DNA of 63,834 nt, filler included, from Octopus bimaculoides (Eukaryota), in assembly GCF_001194135.2 (NCBI RefSeq). It is 6 parts of 6 records of this genome, joined end to end, with 100 filler letters (N's around TTAATTAATTAA, not from the genome) between each part and the next. Parts side by side here need not be neighbours in the genome. Positions count along the whole stretch, not along the records: positions 1 to 12,288 come from NC_068983.1; 5 more parts are not named here. One strand, written 5' to 3'. The position numbers were made by a program, and so were the translations under genes. Position 1 is the first letter of the stretch; each line of letters begins with the position of its first letter. The notes under the pieces are model-generated. The model did no database searches. It saw only the letters and a program-made list of their open reading frames with translations, and was not told where the DNA came from. Of the stretch, positions 1-12,388 are shown in pieces.

Positions 1-297
1 CCCCTGGACTGGCTCATGTTTTTTCTTTTTTTTTTTGTGCGGGTGGCACATGAAATGCACCATTTTGAACGTGGCCGTTGCCAGTACCACCTGACTGGCC
101 TTCGTGCGGGTGACACGTAAAAGCACCCACTACACTCTCGGAGTTGTTGGCGTTAGGAAGGGCACCCAGCTGTAGAAACTCTGCCAAATCAGATTGGAGC
201 CTGGTGTAGCCATCTGGTTTCACCAGTCCTCAGTCAAATCGTCCAACCCATGCTAGCATGGAAAGCGTTCGCTAAACGACGACGACGACGACGACGT
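1..297 (+). mobile_element. 3' end of retroposon with RTE-type tail (SINE or LINE), ending in (GAC)n
   Basis: GGCGTTAGGAAGGGCACCCAGCTGTAGAAAC motif recognised as RTE-like 3' UTR; 140-280 recurs almost identically at 33676-33810; simple-repeat tail. Confidence 0.75.
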
Positions 298-372
298 ATG
301 TATGTATATATGAATGTATGTATGTATGTATGTATGTATGTATGTATGTATGTATGTATGTATGTATGTATC
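297..372. repeat. (TATG)n microsatellite
   Basis: Direct reading. Confidence 0.95.
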
Positions 373-710
373 AGTCTGCTAGACAACCACTGTTAGTCTA
401 TGGACGTCCCTCGTTCGAGAAAAGACAATTATAGAATAAGAATCAGTAATTCATAGAAGTCGTCAGGACGACGCATTCGCCTAAACCCTCCAAGACATTG
501 CTCCAGCATAGCCGTATCCCCGTTACTGAAAGAAATGAAAGACAACAATGACAAAATATTAATAAATATCTCGAAAAGGAGAAAAATTTGAAAAAAAAAA
601 AAAAATCACTGTTCAAGGGAAATAATTACTGAGTTGTTTCCCCTCTACCACTAACTTGGGAGATTTGCAGGATATTGTTATTGGATTAACAGTAATGGAT
701 TATCATGAGT

Positions 711-774
711 AGAGATTATCTTCAGTAGAGATTATCTTCAGTAGAGATTATCTTCAGTAGAGATTATCTTCAGT
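711..774. repeat. 16-bp tandem repeat AGAGATTATCTTCAGT x4
   Basis: Four perfect head-to-tail copies. Confidence 0.9.
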
Positions 775-949
775 AAAGAAGAGAGATTATTGAACGGTAT
801 GTCATTTAAGACTCAGTTATGACAAATATTTTCTTAATATTTTCATAGAAAGTCATTTTACTTCAAATTGAAGTCTGAGTAATTGTCCGCTGTTACTAGT
901 TTCCTACCGAAGTTGAGGCCATGCTGGTGCACCGCCTTTCAGTGTGATT

Positions 950-1960
950 ACATTTCTCTTTTGTACAATGTCTGGTGAAGAAGCGTGCTGGACGGAGCTG
1001 CAATTCTTTGTATCTCCTGCCGAGATATAGGTTCGTCTGTTATTTTCAAATGAAATCTTATCAAGGCGTTCTTTGAAGACGTCTACATCTTAACGACGCA
1101 AAACTCTGAGGTTGTTTGGCAGAATGTTGAATAGTAGTGGACCCCTGAAACCCAAGCACTTTTACAGTACTGGACCCTTGTTCTATATTGTGGAGATAAG
1201 ATCTTTGATACTATGCAGTACCGTCCAGTTCAGTGGTTAGTATAGCTTTTAATTCCAAAGTTGGGAGCTAGACTTTTCAGGATCTTCCATATGTATGTCA
1301 ATGCATATTTTCATGCTTTTTCTCTAGGGAGTAGAGTTTCAGTTCTTTTAACCCCTTCCAGTGGCTCATCTCTTTCACCGAGTCAATTTCCTTTGCAGTG
1401 GCGCTGGATTGCCACGAGTTCCGCCACCGGTTTCGCACTCTGCAGTGATCACAGCTGTGAGCAGTGACCCAGCAAAAGTTCTCCATAACAGAGGCCTGGT
1501 TTCCTCTTTCCTGCTTCTGAATGATCTCAACAATGCTGCCATCTTGATAATATGCAAATCGAATGTTGCATCATTACACACAGATTCTCAGGCCAAGCAC
1601 AGACTCTATCTCTGCGATTGCACTATCCTTTGATTCTGTGTATTCCGATTGTAGTTTGTTTGTCGGCCGATTGCGAAGTGCATGAAACTTTTCAGCATCG
1701 AACTACATGCTATTTTCATCTGCCCATCTGCATATTGCATTTACGATTTTCTGAAGTCTTACTATATCATCAGGGTCCTTAACTGCCTGTGATACTTTTG
1801 TATCATCAGAATGGCTGGTGAGAGTGGCTGACTGTATGACCGAGGGCATGTCTGAGGGATTCGCCACAAACAGTGGTGGCTCCAGTACAATTATCTGAGG
1901 GATTCCGCTGAGAATTGATGTTTCCCAGAGAGAACACCATTGGCTGCAACTCTCTGATTT
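950..1960 (-). mobile_element. Decayed CR1/L2-like LINE ORF2, RT core to C-terminus
   Basis: Minus-strand peptides in several frames: SGIPQIIVLEPPLF...HSDDTKVSQ (RT motifs, YADD degraded), HWKGLKELKLYSLEKK (ERLxxLxLYSLERRR-like), GPLLFNILPNNLR..DVDVFKERLDK; multiple frameshifts. Confidence 0.8.
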
Positions 1961-1962
1961 CT

Positions 1963-2060
1963 GTACATACATACATACATACATACATACATACATACAT
2001 ACATACATACATACACACATACATACATACATACATGTATACTCACACACATACATACAT
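1963..2060. repeat. (TACA)n microsatellite
   Basis: Direct reading. Confidence 0.95.
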
Positions 2061-2061
2061 A

Positions 2062-2620
2062 TGGAACAAGAAATACCAACCAAATACCTGATGCATAAAC
2101 GGGATAGTGGTGCCGGAAAAGCAGTAAAATGTGACAACCGATGCAGACGTTGTGGCGTTAACACCGAGATATCATCCATAGCTACTCTTAATAAAAAGGA
2201 GTACTGGTGAAAAACCCAATAAAATGTAAGCACAACAGACCTGACATAGTGATTTGGGACAGAGAAGAGAAACTGTGCACAGTTGTGGAAATTAGCTGCT
2301 CAGTGGATGTTAACTTAAAGCTGAAGATCAGTGAAAAAGAGAACACCTATGCTGAACTATTGCAAAATCTGCAGTTACTCTTATCTAGATTACAAGTTCA
2401 GGTTTGTACCTGTAATTACTGAGGCACTGGGATATGTAACACACTGCATAAATACCAATCTTGAGAAATCAGGCTTCTCAAAACCAGAAAGGAGAAAGCT
2501 AATTCGAAGACTACAGATCCAAACCATCACTGGAACTGTAAAAATCTGTAAAACTTTCCTGAAGTTTATCCTTTAAATATATATGAATATGTCTTGATAT
2601 GTAACTATATTCATGAGAAT
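2062..2620 (+). mobile_element. 5'-truncated R4/Dong-like non-LTR retrotransposon, restriction-like endonuclease end
   Basis: CRRCG knuckle remnant, then KHNRPDIVIWDREEKLCTVVEISC...KISEKENTY (PD-D/ExK RLE motif) and YKFRFVPVITEALG...GTVKICKTFLKFIL*; frameshifted. Confidence 0.85.
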
Positions 2621-2649
2621 ACATACATAAAACATACAAATCTGCACAT

Positions 2650-2787
2650 ATACATACATACATACATGCACACACACATGCACACACACATACATACACA
2701 CACATACATTTGAGACAGAAAGAGAGAGAGAGAGAGTGAGAGTGAGTGAGAGAGAGAGAGTGAGAGAGAGAGAGAGAGTGAGTGAGT

Positions 2788-2825
<38 letters not shown>

Positions 2826-2840
2826 GAGAGTGTGTGTGAG
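2650..2840. repeat. Compound (TACA)/(CA)/(GA) microsatellite
   Basis: Direct reading. Confidence 0.9.
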
Positions 2841-2949
2841 ACACGTGCATGATTAACAAATATTTTTACCGGCCGCGTAGCGACGGGTTAAGATCTAGTA
2901 AAAATTGACATGTTTTATTATTAATATGGTTTTTATATTGGGTTCAAAC

Positions 2950-3135
2950 TATGGCACAAGACCAGCAATTTCGAGGCAGGGAATACGTCGATCACATCGA
3001 CACTAGTAATCAACTGGTGCTTATTTTATCAAACCCCAAAGGGTGAAAGATAGAGTCGCCCTCGACGGCAATTGAACTCAGAACATAAAGACGGGAGAAA
3101 TGGCGCAGCAACAATTCTGCCAGCTCGCAGCTTTA
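2950..3135 (-). mobile_element. tRNA-derived SINE family B (CORE-like body)
   Basis: Reverse complement of the recurring AGCTGGCAGAATCGTTAGC...GAGTTCAAATTCCGCCGAGGTCGAC...GATAAAATAAGTACCAG consensus seen many times in the window. Confidence 0.75.
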
Positions 3136-3780
3136 ACTATACAATTATAATATTAATTTGATAATTATGACGTCATTACTCCAGCTGTAAAATGGATGAG
3201 ATGAGGATATCGTTTCATTACTATGGTTAATATTTACAAAGACTCCGTATTTATAAATTACAGCGAGAATGTTAACTCCGTCGTATATTCAGACCCGCCT
3301 CTCTTCTCATATACATAAACCCGTACAAATGTTAAGTAGAGTCGTTAGAGTTGGGAGAATTGTTGACCGCAGAACGCTAAAAGCTAACCCAGAGCATAAG
3401 CATCTGGACAAAATACAGGAAGACAATCTAGGGAAGTATTTTTTTGTGTCAGTTCTTATCGTTCGAGTTCAAACCCCGTTATGGTCTACCTGGGTGGTGG
3501 ATTTCATTCAGGGACTGTTCTTTGCACCCCACCTCTGCACCTTGGATACCTTCAGAGTAGAGTGCTCCCCTACAACTATCGAGATCAGGATTTCAGCCCC
3601 CTCACTCTCACCCACCTGTCCCAGAGGACCCTACAAAGGGTGGGGGTGGGGGTATTTTCCCTTCCCTCTCATTAAGCAAAAATACATAATAAAGACTAAA
3701 AGAACATTCTACATTGGGCATCGGAATATTCTTGATTATAGCTAAAATTTCCTGCAGTATTTTCTACCCCAATCGCAGAA

Positions 3781-4028
3781 TCCTCCTGCTCCTCCTCCTG
3801 CTCCTCCTCCTCCTGCTCCTCCTCCTCCTGCTCCTCCTCCTCCTGCTCNNNNNNNNNNNNNNNNNNNNNNNNNNNNNNNNNNNNNNNNNNNNNNNNNNNN
3901 NNNNNNNNNNNNNNNNNNNNNNNNNNNNNNNNNNNNNNNNNNNNNNNNNNNNNNNNNNNNNNNNNNNNNNNNNNNNNNNNCTCCTCCTCCTCCTCCTCCT
4001 CCTCCTGCTCCTCCTGCTCCTCCTCCTG
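3781..4028. repeat. (CTC/CTG)n trinucleotide repeat spanning a gap
   Basis: Direct reading. Confidence 0.9.
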
Positions 4029-5749
4029 TCAAGCACCGTTCTCTAACCTCTTCCCCTATTAAACTATCTCTATTAATATTCCTCGCTAATTTGCTATCAA
4101 ATTATCTTAACTAAATTAATTTGATCAAAGATCCAGGTCTTTTGAAGGTTGTAAAAGTAGATTGTATTCTTCCTAACAACAAAGGTTGAGGTGAATCTGT
4201 TAGGCTGGCTGCAGGGGGTTAACTTCATGAAATCTATTGATTTTGGGGGTAAAAACTGAACGATTTAAGTTAATATAATAAAGGAAGAGTGAAGGTGGAG
4301 TTGAGAGAAAATGTAACAGTTTTAGCTTTAGAATATCTTCAATTTACAAGCGAAACCTCAGCTGGTAAGAACAACAATATTGGCAAAAGGCGTGGAATGC
4401 TAGTATCTTGGAGAAATTCTTTCATTATAGTCTGAGTAGTAGTAGTAGCAATCGTAGTAGTAGTGATAATTGTTGTTATAACAGTAACAGTAGTAGTAAT
4501 CTTAGTAGTAGTAATAGCAGCACTCGTAGTACACCATGTTTAAAGATCTTCTTTCTTTCAGACCAATTTATGACTTTCATTTACGACATTGATGAGAACT
4601 TCAGTTAGTTCTTCGTAGAGATCTGACTTGGTACGAATGTTTAGTTTAAGGTTCAATGTAGCTGTTCAGGTGTGGTGGTTGATACGAAGCTAGGAAGGTG
4701 TACGGCATTTGGATCGAGTTGCGATTTGTAAGTCGTCACTTCAACACTTATTCGATTTCAAGATTTTTACTTAGAAAATTATTTTCTAAATCAAAATATG
4801 GTGTTAAGAAAGGAAGTCTGTTAGAAAAAAAGAAAAACCAGCTTTTAGAGAAAATATTAAAGAAGTTACCATTGAATTAGAGTATTTCACTATTACTGGT
4901 TGAGGGAGAAACTATTTGTCGTAGTGTTCGGACATAAGAATATAAGATTATTGTGTTATGGAGGAACATATGCCTGTTATAAGAGTATAGCGTTATTAAG
5001 TGTGTGCCCCAGCATGGTCTCAAGGCTGAAACAAAAGAATAAGCCTGTAGAATAGTGTAGACCTATTAGAGGAAAATAAGAAGATGATTTCTCAAAGTCA
5101 TTAAGATATTTCCTTGCTTCAAAAATTCCTTCCCCGCCACCGACTGATAATTTCCTTTTACCGTTCTGCAAAATCCATTTCGATTACTCTTGGAGTAACA
5201 TAAGTATATATATGCACCCACAAACACACTTCTTTAATGGGTATTTTCTTTAGAAATATAAAAAAAAAAGTTTTCTTAGAAGAGTCGATTGTTAATTGGG
5301 ACTTCGAAAAGTTCAATGGATTTTTGAGGAAGAAACAACAAACTTCAAATACTAAGAGCGATGGACCTCAGTTGATTTGTGGAGGAAAATCTGTTTAAAA
5401 GAAGGTTTGAGGATGTAATGATGTAAAGATGTTGAGTTAGAAATAATATTTAGGTAAAATCTGTCAATGAGAAAAACCATCATTAAGTGATCAATTAATT
5501 CATTGATTGCAATGTATTGATTGAAGCAACGGTGATTGATTTAAAGGTTAACCTTTTTGTTTTACAAGTCATTAGTCCTGACTGAACAGATTTCACGTCA
5601 AAGGCTTTCTCATCGCCGCCTTCCTGTCTTTCGTATATTCTTGCCAAATGAGTTCCTTCTGTTTTAAGATGGTAAGGCGTTATTTGAGGGGGGGGGGCCT
5701 CAATTGAACCATTTCTTGCAAATAAAGAAATCGCTATTAAGATCGCAAG

Positions 5750-5905
5750 CTAGCAGAATCGTTAACACGCCGGGCAAAACGCTCAGCGGTATTTCGTCCG
5801 CCCTTACGCTCTGAGTTCAAATACTGCCGAGGTAGACTTTGTCTTTCATTCTTTCGGAATCGATAAAATAAGTACCAGTTGTGTACTGGGGTCTATGTAA
5901 TTGAC
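5750..5905 (+). mobile_element. SINE family B
   Basis: AGCTAGCAGAATCGTTAACACGCCGGGC...GAGTTCAAATACTGCCGAGG...GATAAAATAAGTACCAG. Confidence 0.8.
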
Positions 5906-8009
5906 TTACCCTCCCCTCCCCTCCGCCCTCTCCTCCGCCCTCTCCTCCGCCCTCTCCTCCGCNNNNNNNNNNNNNNNNNNNNNNNNNNNNNNNNNNNNNN
6001 NNNNNNNNNNNNNNNNNNNNNNNNNNNNNNNNNNNNNNNNNNNNNNNNNNNNNNNNNNNNNNNNNNNNNNNNNNNNNNNNNNNNNNNNNNNNNNNNNNNN
6101 NNNNNNNNNNNNNNNNNNNNNNNNNNNNNNNNNNNNNNNNNNNNNNNNNNNNNNNNNNNNNNNNNNNNNNNNNNNNNNNNNNNNNNNNNNNNNNNNNNNN
6201 NNNNNNNNNNNNNNNNNNNNNNNNNNNNNNNNNNNNNNNNNNNNNNNNNNNNNNNNNNNNNNNNNNNNNNNNNNNNNNNNNNNNNNNNNNNNNNNNNNNN
6301 NNNNNNNNNNNNNNNNNNNNNNNNNNNNNNNNNNNNNNNNNNNNNNNNNNNNNNNNNNNNNNNNNNNNNNNNNNNNNNNNNNNNNNNNNNNNNNNNNNNN
6401 NNNNNNNNNNNNNNNNNNNNNNNNNNNNNNNNNNNNNNNNNNNNNNNNNNNNNNNNNNNNNNNNNNNNNNNNNNNNNNNNNNNNNNNNNNNNNNNNNNNN
6501 NNNNNNNNNNNNNNNNNNNNNNNNNNNNNNNNNNNNNNNNNNNNNNNNNNNNNNNNNNNNNNNNNNNNNNNNNNNNNNNNNNNNNNNNNNNNNNNNNNNN
6601 NNNNNNNNNNNNNNNTCACCCTCCCCCTAAACGGCTGGCGTTGTGCCAAAATTTGAAACCAAGACTTTGTTGTTATTGAAGTGAAATACTTTGAATCTGC
6701 CTTTCTCTCTACAAATTTGTTTATTTAAGAAGGAAGTGATGTCAGCAATGTGAGATCGAATCCCTGTTGTAAACAAGATCGACCTCTAGGGGCCCAACAA
6801 GAAACAGAGAAAGTTATATCAAACTATGAATCCTCAATAAAAGAGGTTAGACCTAATTACATTAAAATGACTTCAACTGAAACTTAATTTGCTGGCCATA
6901 CTCTTATTAAAAAGTACTTCGTGGTAGACGTAAGTCAATTCTTTAATTGTTATTGCTTAGGAACAAATTTAGAAATTTATAGGAGAGAGTACATAGAATA
7001 CTGCCCAGTGTTGGGGACATTTTCAGGGGTTAGACTGGGTGAAGTGAGCCCTGGATGTTAATTTATTTGCCATTAATAGTTGTTAATGACGGCGACATGG
7101 ATAGTTCAATATTCAGTTGATGGAAATATGATACGATTATTGGGAAGAACGAAAAAGGATAAGACAAGAAGAGAAAGTGAATCACTGTAGACTGCTACAC
7201 TAAATAGTGGTAAATAAACGAAAAGGCATCCATTGATTTACCGATTCCTCACAGGAAAATATTCAAAAACAGAAAACTCTTTTTCTTTCCAGCCTATGTA
7301 AGCAGAGGATAAACGTTTGATCGAAGCATTTTTTATATTGATTTTATCGATCCTATTATACCCTTGCCAGTAGCATAAACATTCTCGGACATTTGTGATA
7401 AGCAGACCTGGAAACACAATTTAATAGAAAAAAAAATTACGTTTATTAAGTGCAGCCAGTGTGTCGACTTCATTGTTTGTATGTCTTTGTTCGGAGTTGG
7501 TCTTTTGGTCTGTGCTAATGTTTAACTCAAGGTCTGCTTATTTCAAAAGATAAATATTCCATCATTGTTATCACGTTTATTGTAGAGTTGTAATGAGGGA
7601 AACTGAGACTAAGAGAATGTGTTGGCAGCGTGAGATCATATCTTATGATTCGCATAGCGATGGCTGGAGAAGACGGTGTTAAATGTCTTCTGTTATGAAC
7701 TTATCTGACAGAAGAACAGACGACACACACAGAAAATGATTGAGTGATAGAGTTTGGGACTAAAGATCGATTCGCAATTAGGTGCTTAATAGAGCTGAGA
7801 TCGAATCTTCATGGGGAACGACTTAGCGATAGAGTATTGAACTAGAAATCGATTTGTGTGTAATTCGGTGGTTAATAGGACAAGAACGGAATAGATTATA
7901 CGATGTCTCTGAGAAGTGATTGGTAGATTTATAGAAGTTTAACACATTGGTGCCATGAACACCAAAAGCTAATCTCTATAAATAATAATCGCTTCAACTA
8001 TAAGCAGAA

Positions 8010-8210
8010 GGCCTGACATTTTGGTGGGAGGGAGAAAGTCGATTATGTCGATTCCAGTGTTTAACTGGTATTTATTTCATCGATCCCGAAAAAACGAAAG
8101 GTAAAGTCGAGTTCGGAGGAATTTGAACTCAGAGCATATATCCGGAAGAAATACTGCCGAGCATTCCGTCCAGTATGCACACGATTCTGCCAGCTCGCCG
8201 CCTTAACTGC
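8010..8210 (-). mobile_element. SINE family B
   Basis: Reverse-complement match to the family B consensus. Confidence 0.8.
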
Positions 8211-9153
8211 ATAAATAATAAAATAGTAAATATGACTAGTAATTTGGGAATGATTTCAGAACAATTTTGCCTGGTGAACAAGAATACGACATTAATAAAA
8301 GGAATATGTTAAAGATGGATGTGTCAGTGATCTGATTGAACCAATCAAGAACAGATATTAAAGCATGAAGTGCTGAAATAAAGGACATCTCTCTGTCCCT
8401 GTTTGTTTCTCTGTATCCCTGCCTGTGTGTCTCTCTTTAAAGATGTTCTCTACAGCTGGCAAAACAATGTTTTTCAAGGCTATTGGTCAAATAGTCACCA
8501 TCGGGAAGCAAAACCGATTCCACACCATCATTAGTTGTTTACATTTCTTTGATTACTTTTTCTATTTTATTTTACTTCATCAAGAAATTTTTATGTGAGA
8601 AGAGTCATTGTCATTGTCAGAGTCGAGAACTGAACCTGCGACATCCAGTTTGGAGATACACATTGTTTTATTTTTCTTTCCTGTGAATAAAGTTATTGAG
8701 TTCAGTGTTTTGTGAAGAGTTTCTGAAATAGTTCTTAATTTCCAGATTTAAATAAGACTTTTTGTCATTGTCCTTGTCCGGCACAACATAAAACCACATT
8801 CCACTCCAGTACAACATTATACTATGACACTACAATACCACTTACACTACTCTGCACCCCAACCAGTGTCAAAGTTTATATGTGGTTTGTCGACCAGCTA
8901 GAAATAGCAGCCTAATACCTCTCATGTCGAACGGTTTGTAAAATAGACATGTTGCGAGTTTCCTGCATTTAGAATGCAGGTATGGTCACGGCTGGAATGT
9001 CTTTGATTTATAGATGTACAGAGTCAGGACAGACCTAAGGATGAATAACAACACTAACAATATCAAGAACAATTGTAGTAGTAGCAACAACAACAACAAC
9101 GACAGCCATAACAATAAATACAAGTTTATTTAGGTCTATATAGTTTAACAACA

Positions 9154-9310
9154 GTGACGACGACGACGACGACGACGAAAGACGAAGAAGACGAAGAAGA
9201 AGAAGAAGAAGAAGAAGAAGAAGAAGAAGAAGAAGAAGAAGAAGAAGAAGAAGAAGAAGAAGAAGAAGAAGAAGAAGAAGAAGAAGAAGAAGAAGAAGAA
9301 GAAGAAGAAG
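9154..9310. repeat. (GAC)n(GAA)n microsatellite
   Basis: Direct reading. Confidence 0.95.
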
Positions 9311-10217
9311 GAACATGTTTAATTTGGCGATGGAAAAGATTTCAGTAACATTAATTTCTTCATAATTCTGAAATACGAACACATAATGGCTGAAATATTG
9401 GAACAGAAGATCGTTTTTATTACATCCGACATGAGAAAAATCTATATGAGGAGCTGCTAAGCTTTCATTGCGATCAGTTTATGAGAAGAAGATAATAAAG
9501 TTAGTTGGAGATGTTAATCAGTTTGAGATAATGTTTCATACTCACAAGACGTCATTCAAAGACTTGCTACATTTTCTTTAAACTCTCAACACAAACTACT
9601 TTTCTATTGGAAATGTCTTTGAAGCTTGTGCAGAGATCCTAATGTCCCTGGAGATAGAATTACTGCCAGAAGGAAAGACTGGAATTAGAGAAGTATAATT
9701 GTTGAACTATTCACAAATCTTCCTTTGTTTTGTTGAAAGTTTGGTATTTAGCAACAGCCCAGACCGTCTTAAGATGTTTTTGTGGATGGAAGAGAAAACA
9801 GTGTTTGATATAAAGATCGTAATGTAATATTTGTGATGTTAAAGTCAGGATAAAAACGTCGTCGTGTTAAGGGATGCTTCCATGTCTCTCTCACTATTCA
9901 TGGAGTCTGTGATTGGTGTGATAAATAAGTTTATCAGTCACAAGATTATCATTATTTAACGTAACAAATGTTGCAATTAGTCATTACAAAGGCGACCACA
10001 GTTTAATGACATGTGCTGCTACTAATTAATCAGAAAAGATTTTACAATAATTTATTATTTAGCTCACCAGCATTTCTTGCAGCTTTACGTTCTCAGTTTG
10101 AATGCCTTTCATCCTTTCAAGTTCAATTAAGTAAGTACCAGTTAAATTCTGGGTTCGAACTAATCGACTAGTCCCACCCCCAAAATTTCAGGCCTTGTGC
10201 CTATAATAGAAAGGATT

Positions 10218-10377
10218 CTTCTTCTTCTTCTTCTTCTTCTTCTTCTTCTTCTTCTTCTTCTTCTTCTTCTTCTTCTTCTTCTTCTTCTTCTTCTTCTTCT
10301 TCTTCTTCTTCTTCTTCTTCTTCTTCTTCTTCTTCTTCTTCTTCTTCTTCTTCTTCTTCTTCTTCTTCTTCTTCTTC
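10218..10377. repeat. (TTC)n microsatellite
   Basis: Direct reading. Confidence 0.95.
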
Positions 10378-10379
10378 AG

Positions 10380-11560
10380 GAGAACAACAGTTTCAGAAGA
10401 AGAAGAAGAGAATTAACAAAGCTTGGACATGGAAGCAGGAAATGTACCAACTGTGGCGGATCTTAGTGTACCTGAAACTGGAGAGCCACTGAAAGAAATT
10501 AGCCCATGAACTAGCTAATCTCCATAACATAATTCTGGAAGTGATGCTTCTTGAAGAAAGGAAGAGATTGCCTTCATCCGAAGCCATGTCATAAGGCAAA
10601 GCTAAAATTAGAAACCGGGAAAGTGAATGAAGTTGTTATGAGAATTCTAATTAAGGACATCATGGAATTAAATTCTCTATGTATGCAAAAGGTGATGTCA
10701 TCACAGAAAAGATGAAGACGTTTAGAGAGAAGAAAGAACAGAGAAGCAAAGAAGCATTCTGGTAAAGGAAAACAAAAGGAAGCATTGATAAATGGCGAAG
10801 GGATTTAAATATAAGGCTCAATGAAAGTGAACAGAAGTACATGAATAAGAAATACCACGTGGAGGAAAATGACACTTTGTTTATCTTGGATATGTTAAAA
10901 GAAAGATCAAAGATCAAAGATCAAAGCGAGTTGAGTGAGGATTAAAAGATACGAGGAATGATTCCAATAAAACCAATAAAATCAACTCTTCAGAACAAAT
11001 CAGAAGCTTTTCTAGGAGAGTCTGGAGGAAGGAGATAAGGAAGAAGCAGAGTTACCTGATCCTGAAGAAGCAGCTTCGTTTTGGAGCAAGATCTGCTGCT
11101 CAGAGAATGTCAAACAGAAAACAGAACACACTGGCTTCATGAAGTGGAAAAATTCAATGACATGGAAATACAAGAGGACATGACTCTCATGTTTGAAGAT
11201 ATATAAGCAGGAGGTGGTAAGATGAGAGATTGGAAGGTAGCTGGCCCGGACATAGTTCAGGGGTTTTGGTTCAAGGATTTGACGAATTTACATCGTAAAC
11301 TATAAAAAAACTCATACAAAACTGTGTGCACTAAGGAATTGTATCAGAATGGATGGTCAAAGGAAGAACTCTGTTGATACAAAAACACCGAACCAAGGGT
11401 TCCGTGGTCAGTAACTATCGTCTGATTGCTTGTTTACCTGTGATGTAGAAGCTTCTAACTGCAATAATGGGAAAGAAATTTTAAGTCCACCTTGAAAGAA
11501 ATTGAATGCCAGCAGATGAACAGAAGGGCTGCAAGAAGGGATCATGTGTAACAAAGGATC
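10380..11560 (+). mobile_element. Decayed R4/Dong-like non-LTR retrotransposon, N-terminal and RT-proximal region
   Basis: Fragments read PDPEEAASFWSKI, KMRDWKVAGPDIVQGFWFK, EWMVKGRTLLIQK, SNYRLIACLPVM*KLLTAIM, EQKGCKKGSC.TKDQL; stops and frameshifts; interrupted by a SINE at about 11560. Confidence 0.75.
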
Positions 11561-11748
11561 AATTGCAGTGTTGGTGTGTTTACACCTCCGTGACTTAGTG
11601 GTTCGGAAAAAGGGACGGATAGAATAAGTAATTAGGTTTAAAAACTAAGTCCTGGGGTCGATTTGTTCGACTAAAGTCCTTCAAGACGGTGCTCCAGCAT
11701 GACCACGGTCAAATGATTGAAGCAAGCAAAAGAAACAAAAGAATACAA
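11560..11748 (+). mobile_element. SINE family A, 3' half
   Basis: GACTTAGTGGTTCGG...GATAGAATAAG...GGTGCTCCAGCATGACCACGGTCAAATGATTGAA. Confidence 0.8.
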
Positions 11749-11877
11749 TGCTGGGAAGAGTTCGCAGACCTCCAACAGCAAAAACGAACCCACACACAAT
11801 ACAGCAGAGAGCTCAGCAAGCCGGAAGTGGGGCAGGGGAGGCAGTAGAAGCCTACCTGGAACTATCAAATGTTGACG

Positions 11878-11934
<57 letters not shown>

Positions 11935-12288
11935 GGCAAAAGGAAATGTTAGGAGCAAAGGATAAGTTGATTATATAGAAGCCAGGGCTTGACTGGTACT
12001 TTCTCTAATCGACCCTGGAAAGATGAGAAGCAGAGTTGACATCGGCAGGATTTGAGCTCAGAACGTAAACATAGTGAGATAGATAGAGAGCGATAGAGAA
12101 TAGGATGGACAACAGTAAGATGATGTATATAAATAAGGAGAAGTAGAGAAAGAAAGAGAGAGACAGAGGGAGGGATGTATGATGTCGTATATATATAGAG
12201 GTGGGGAATAAGAGCGATGAGATAATATAATATAATATAATATAATATAATATAATATAATATAATATAATATATATATATATATATA

Positions 12289-12388
12289 NNNNNNNNNNNN
12301 NNNNNNNNNNNNNNNNNNNNNNNNNNNNNNNNTTAATTAATTAANNNNNNNNNNNNNNNNNNNNNNNNNNNNNNNNNNNNNNNNNNNN
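12289..12388. other. Artificial 100-bp scaffold spacer (44 N + TTAATTAATTAA + 44 N); recurs near 34650, 44450, 47790 and 59515
   Basis: Identical 12-mer centred in N runs five times; gives stops in all six frames. Confidence 0.95.

Noticed and set aside
3269-3745. 158-aa + strand ORF
   Set aside because: No recognisable domain, partly SINE-like sequence, no convincing splice context
9035-10466. Poly-Glu and poly-Leu ORFs
   Set aside because: (GAA)n and (TTC)n microsatellites
12333-12344. Recurrent palindromic TTAATTAATTAA as a biological motif
   Set aside because: Always centred in 44+44 Ns; an assembly spacer
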